Part shown: piece by piece, positions 60,401 to 64,000 of the stretch | How the letters are laid out: each line of letters starts with the position of its first letter | Position numbering within the stretch: position 1 is the first letter of the stretch | Assembly (NCBI GenBank): GCA_963696245.1 | Contig: CAVOJM010000002.1 | Coordinates: forward strand, 18,776 to 82,775 | Direction of reading: 5' to 3' | Origin: an uncultured Actinomycetota bacterium | GTDB taxonomy: Bacteria > Actinomycetota > Actinomycetes > Propionibacteriales > Nocardioidaceae | Length of the DNA stretch: 64,000 bases | Notes under the pieces: model-generated | Databases searched by the model: none | Told to the model about the DNA's origin: nothing | What the model saw: the letters and a program-made list of their open reading frames with translations, nothing else | Program-made: the position numbers and the translations under genes

Positions 60401-60514
60401 TCAGCCCTGGCGCTGCTTGTGGCGCGGGTTCTCGCAGATCACCATGACGCGGCCGTGGCGACGGATCACCTTGCACTTGTCACAGATGGGCTTGACGCTG
60501 GGCTTGACCTTCAC
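60401..60514 (-). CDS. rpmJ: 50S ribosomal protein L36 (absent from the ORF track)
   Basis: GTG start; (M)[36 protein letters not shown], zinc-binding C+ form. Confidence 0.97.
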   Translation of the reverse strand: MKVKPSVKPICDKCKVIRRHGRVMVICENPRHKQRQG

Positions 60515-60541
60515 GGAGGGAGGTCCTTTCCAAATGGCTGG

Positions 60542-60763
60542 CTACTTGTAGCGGTAGACGATCCGACCTCGTGTGAGGTCATACGGCGAGAGCTCCACCA
60601 CCACGCGGTCCTCAGGGAGGATCCGGATGTAGTGCTGGCGCATCTTGCCGCTGATGTGGGCGAGCACCTTGTGGCCATTGCTCAGCTCAACGCGGAACAT
60701 GGCATTCGGCAGGGCCTCCGTGATGGTGCCCTCTAGCTCGATCACGCCTTCTTTCTTCGGCAT
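60542..60763 (-). CDS. infA: translation initiation factor IF-1
   Basis: [36 protein letters not shown]. Confidence 0.98.
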   Translation of the reverse strand: MPKKEGVIELEGTITEALPNAMFRVELSNGHKVLAHISGKMRQHYIRILPEDRVVVELSPYDLTRGRIVYRYK

Positions 60764-61019
60764 GTCCTCCACAATCTGTCGGTCGGTTGTCTACCGTGTC
60801 GTGCACCGAGGTCGGAATGGTCCGACTCCGGGTGGCCCGCGAACCTCCGCCGCGAACGGCGGTGGACCTCATGAAGCCGCCTGGTGGTCCTCCATCCCGG
60901 GCGCACGACCGGAACGCTCAGCAGAGCGATTCGGTTGATGTCCGGGCAGCCGCGAGGCACCACGAAGCAGACCCACGTTGGGCCGACACGCCAGTTTAGT
61001 CGCAAACCGGCGCGAAACC

Positions 61020-62060
61020 CTAACCGAGCAGCCTGAGGGTCTCCTCGCGAGCGGGGCTCACGCCCGGCTCGGTCCCCACGAAGGCTCCCCCGACCGGGTG
61101 GACCATCACCTCGTCCACGCCGTACGTCGCCGCGAGCTCCTCGATCCGGGCGCGCGCCCGGTCGGCGGAACCGATCACCCAGCGCCCCGACATGGCGTCC
61201 ATCAGGTCCAGGTGGGCCTGCGGCAGCTCGAGCTTCTCGGCCTCCTCGACCAGCCGCTGGGGCACCAGGTCACCGCCGGTGCGCAGCGCGGCCATCGCCT
61301 GGAGCTGCGGCAGGGCCAGTCGGCGAGCCTCCTCGTCGGTCGATGACACTGAGGCGTTCACGGTGAGGAAGGTGCGCGGCTCCGCGAGCTCAGGCGACGG
61401 GCGGAAGGTCGAGCGGTAGAGCTCGAGCGCCTCGGCGGTCCCGCTGCCGGAGAAGTGGTGCGCGAAGACGTAGGGCATCCCCTTCTCGGCCGCGAGCCGG
61501 GCCGAGTAGTCCGACGAGCCCAGCAGCCAGATGGTCGGCACCGAGCGGGCCACCGGGGTCGCCTTGAGCGGGTAGGTGCGGCCCTGGACCGCGAGACCGA
61601 CGCCGTCGGGCTCCATCATCGCGAGCACGTTGTCGACGTACTCCGGGAAGTGCGTGACCGCCTCGTCGCTGACGCCGCCGGCGCCGTGACGCAGGGCGTA
61701 CGACGTCACCGGGTCGCTGCCAGGTGCGCGGCCGATGCCGAGGTCGATCCGGCCCGGGAACGCGGCCTCGAGCAGCGCGAACTGCTCGGCCACGACGAGC
61801 GGTGCGTGGTTGGGCAGCATCACGCCGCCGGAGCCCACCCGGATCCGCGACGTCGCGGCCGCGACCAGACCGATCAGGACCGGCGGGTTGGTCGCGGCGA
61901 CCGCTGGCATGTTGTGGTGCTCGGCCAGCCAGTAGCGCTCGTAGCCCAGCTCGTCGGCGGTGCGGGCGAGCGAGCGGGTAGCGGCCAGGGCATCGCCGGT
62001 CGACTGGTCGCTACGAACGGGGACCAGGTCGAGGACGGACAGCTTCGGGTAGTCAGACAT
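61020..62060 (-). CDS. LLM-class (luciferase-like) flavin-dependent oxidoreductase
   Basis: [42 protein letters not shown]. Confidence 0.93.
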   Translation of the reverse strand: MSDYPKLSVLDLVPVRSDQSTGDALAATRSLARTADELGYERYWLAEHHNMPAVAATNPPVLIGLVAAATSRIRVGSGGVMLPNHAPLVVAEQFALLEAAFPGRIDLGIGRAPGSDPVTSYALRHGAGGVSDEAVTHFPEYVDNVLAMMEPDGVGLAVQGRTYPLKATPVARSVPTIWLLGSSDYSARLAAEKGMPYVFAHHFSGSGTAEALELYRSTFRPSPELAEPRTFLTVNASVSSTDEEARRLALPQLQAMAALRTGGDLVPQRLVEEAEKLELPQAHLDLMDAMSGRWVIGSADRARARIEELAATYGVDEVMVHPVGGAFVGTEPGVSPAREETLRLLG

Positions 62061-62089
62061 CGTCTGTGCAACGCCCGGTCGGCGTCCGC

Positions 62090-63073
62090 CTATTCCGCCG
62101 CGACCCGGTCCCGCTTGTCCTTGATCAGGCTCGCGACGCCGGTCACGACGAGGGTCACGATGATGACACCGAGGCTGGCGAGCGCGGAGATCTCAGGGAC
62201 GTGGAGCGGCTCGCCGCCGTTGATGAACGACAGCTCGTTGGCGTGCAGGGCATGCAGCACCAGCTTGACGCCGATGAAGGCGAGGATGAACGCGAGCCCG
62301 AGCGAGAGGTAGACGAGCCGTTCGAGCAGGCCGCCGAGCAGGAAGTAGAGCTGCCGCAGACCCATCAGCGCGAAGACGTTCGCGGTGAAGACGAGGTAGG
62401 GCTCCTGGGTGATGCCGAAGATCGCCGGGATCGAGTCGAGCGCGAACAGCAGGTCGGTCGTGCCGAGCGCGACGATCACGATGAGCATCGGCGAGATGAC
62501 CCGCGCGCCGTTCTGGCGGTACCAGAGCTTGAGCCCGTGGTACTCCTCGCCGACGTTGAGGTGGTTCTGCGCGAACCGGACGACCCGGTTGTTCTCCGGG
62601 TGCACGTCCTCGTGGCTGCGGTAGCTCTTCACCAGGGTCGTGGCCGTGTAGACCAAGAAGGCGCCGAAGATGTAGAAGACCCAGCTGAAGTTCTCGATCA
62701 GCTGGTAGCCGAGCGCGATGAAGATGCCTCGGAAGATCAGCGCCAGGACGATGCCGACCATGAGCGCCTCTTGCTGGTACTCCCGCGGGACCCGTAGCGA
62801 CGCCATCAAGATGATGAAGACGAACAGGTTGTCGATCGAGAGCGAGTACTCCGTCAGCCACCCCGCGTAGAACTGCACGCCGTAGTCGTGCCCGTGGCCG
62901 ACCCAGATCCAGACGCCGAAGGCGATCGCGGCGCCGACGTACACGCTCAGCGCGACCGCGCACTCCTTGAAGGTGGGCTCGTGCGGGTCACGTGCGATGA
63001 CGATGATGTCGAACAGCAGCACGGCCGCCGTGATGGCGATCGTGACGGACCATTCAAGGGTGGAGATCTCCAC
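62090..63073 (-). CDS. TerC/Alx-family membrane protein (Mn homeostasis)
   Basis: [36 protein letters not shown]. Confidence 0.94.
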   Translation of the reverse strand: MEISTLEWSVTIAITAAVLLFDIIVIARDPHEPTFKECAVALSVYVGAAIAFGVWIWVGHGHDYGVQFYAGWLTEYSLSIDNLFVFIILMASLRVPREYQQEALMVGIVLALIFRGIFIALGYQLIENFSWVFYIFGAFLVYTATTLVKSYRSHEDVHPENNRVVRFAQNHLNVGEEYHGLKLWYRQNGARVISPMLIVIVALGTTDLLFALDSIPAIFGITQEPYLVFTANVFALMGLRQLYFLLGGLLERLVYLSLGLAFILAFIGVKLVLHALHANELSFINGGEPLHVPEISALASLGVIIVTLVVTGVASLIKDKRDRVAAE

Positions 63074-63107
63074 GGACTGCTCCTGGTGCTGGGGGACGAG
63101 AAACCGT

Positions 63108-63205
63108 CAGAGGTCTCTTCCGCCACCTGATGGTGACCTGTGGGACCGGAACGCGGAGACCGCGTACGTGTTGACGAGCCCACAACGAAGGAATACTCCC
63201 CCCTG
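63108..63205 (-). ncRNA. yybP-ykoY (Mn2+) riboswitch
   Basis: Minus strand AGGGGGGAGTATTCC...CGTCAACAC...CCGG...GGAAGAGACCTC, the conserved yybP-ykoY segments, directly upstream of a terC gene. Confidence 0.85.
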
Positions 63206-63229
63206 CGCGGACCATCCTGTCACACGCGG

Positions 63230-64000
63230 TCAGCGGCCACCGAACGCGACGCCCAGCTCAGCGAGCTGTGCCTCTCCCCCGTCGAGCGCCGTCAGCACCC
63301 ACGTACCCGTCGGGGTCAGGGTGAAGGTGTGCTCGAAGTGCGCGGCCCAGCTGCCGTCGGTCGTGACGACCGTCCAGTCGTCGTCGAGCAGGTCGGTGTC
63401 CTTGGTGCCGAGCGTGATCATCGGCTCGACGGCGAGGGCGAGGCCCTCGACCAGCTTGGGGCCCTTGCCCGGCCGGCCGTAGTTGGGCACGTTCGGCGAC
63501 TGGTGCATCTCGGAGCCGATGCCGTGGCCGGTGTAGTCCTCGAGGATGCCGTAGCGGCCCTGCCCGCGCACGTGGCGCTCGACGGCGGCCGAGATGTCGG
63601 TGACGCGGCCACCCAGGCGAGCGGCCGCGATCCCCCGCCACATGGACTGCTCGGTGACCCGCATCAGCTCGGTCACCTCGGGGGGTACGGCGCCCACAGC
63701 GACCGTGATCGCCGCGTCACCGTGCCAACCGTCGACGATGGCGCCGCAGTCGATCGAGATGACGTCACCGTCGGCCAGCACGCGATCGCCCGGGATGCCG
63801 TGGACGACCTCGTCGTTGACCGACGCGCAGATCGAGGACGGGAACCCTTGGTAACCCTGGAAGGACGGGGTCGCGCCCGAGGACCGGATGTGGTCCTCCG
63901 CGATCGCGTCGAGCTCGGCCGTCGAGATGCCGGCACGCACGCTCCCGCGGAGCAGCTCGAGCGTCTGGCCGACGACCAGGCCGGCCCGGCGCATCGTGTC
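63230..64000 (-). CDS. map: type I methionine aminopeptidase; 5' end outside the window
   Basis: CASVNDEVVHGIP, IDCG, GDAA, GHGIG, AVEPM, AHFEHT. Confidence 0.96.
   Translation of the reverse strand, partial: DTMRRAGLVVGQTLELLRGSVRAGISTAELDAIAEDHIRSSGATPSFQGYQGFPSSICASVNDEVVHGIPGDRVLADGDVISIDCGAIVDGWHGDAAITVAVGAVPPEVTELMRVTEQSMWRGIAAARLGGRVTDISAAVERHVRGQGRYGILEDYTGHGIGSEMHQSPNVPNYGRPGKGPKLVEGLALAVEPMITLGTKDTDLLDDDWTVVTTDGSWAAHFEHTFTLTPTGTWVLTALDGGEAQLAELGVAFGGR

Noticed and set aside
62090-63073. Tellurite resistance gene
   Set aside because: Stand-alone TerC behind a yybP-ykoY riboswitch with no ter operon indicates Mn homeostasis.

Overview
High-GC actinobacterial chromosome segment. Gene content and protein sequences suggest Nocardioides/Nocardioidaceae (inference, no search run). 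The conserved backbone is mostly on the minus strand: map, infA-rpmJ-rpsM-rpsK-rpsD-rpoA-rplQ, truA, rplM-rpsI-glmM, coaA (+), glmS-acpS-nnr-alr-hydrolase-tsaE. Accessory genes are interleaved, including about 38 kb between truA and rplM. That stretch holds citrate synthase, a Pls/PosA-type NRPS with M1 peptidase and PPTase, a large secreted surface protein, HtrA, an ABC-F protein, an FG-GAP/GntR module, an HNH endonuclease and a TetR-controlled acyl-CoA dehydrogenase/phosphotransferase cluster. A yybP-ykoY riboswitch precedes terC. Many genes at about 14-30 kb, 38-40.4 kb and 54.3-56.7 kb are broken by small indels, most likely read/assembly errors, so several long ORFs in the track are artefactual fusions. 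Most interesting non-standard signals: (1) a wHTH + DUF559/Vsr-like nuclease gene between acpS and nnr, bracketed by two related 50-bp CCATGG-centred palindromes, a candidate palindrome-associated selfish element with no recognisable transposase; (2) a 242-bp MITE-like element with CTAG ends carrying two tandem hairpin units; (3) a dispersed REP-like repeat next to the HNH gene and next to a lipoprotein/secreted-protein pair; (4) a perfect 17-bp hairpin inside the start of a HAD gene. No tRNA, rRNA or CRISPR array was seen.
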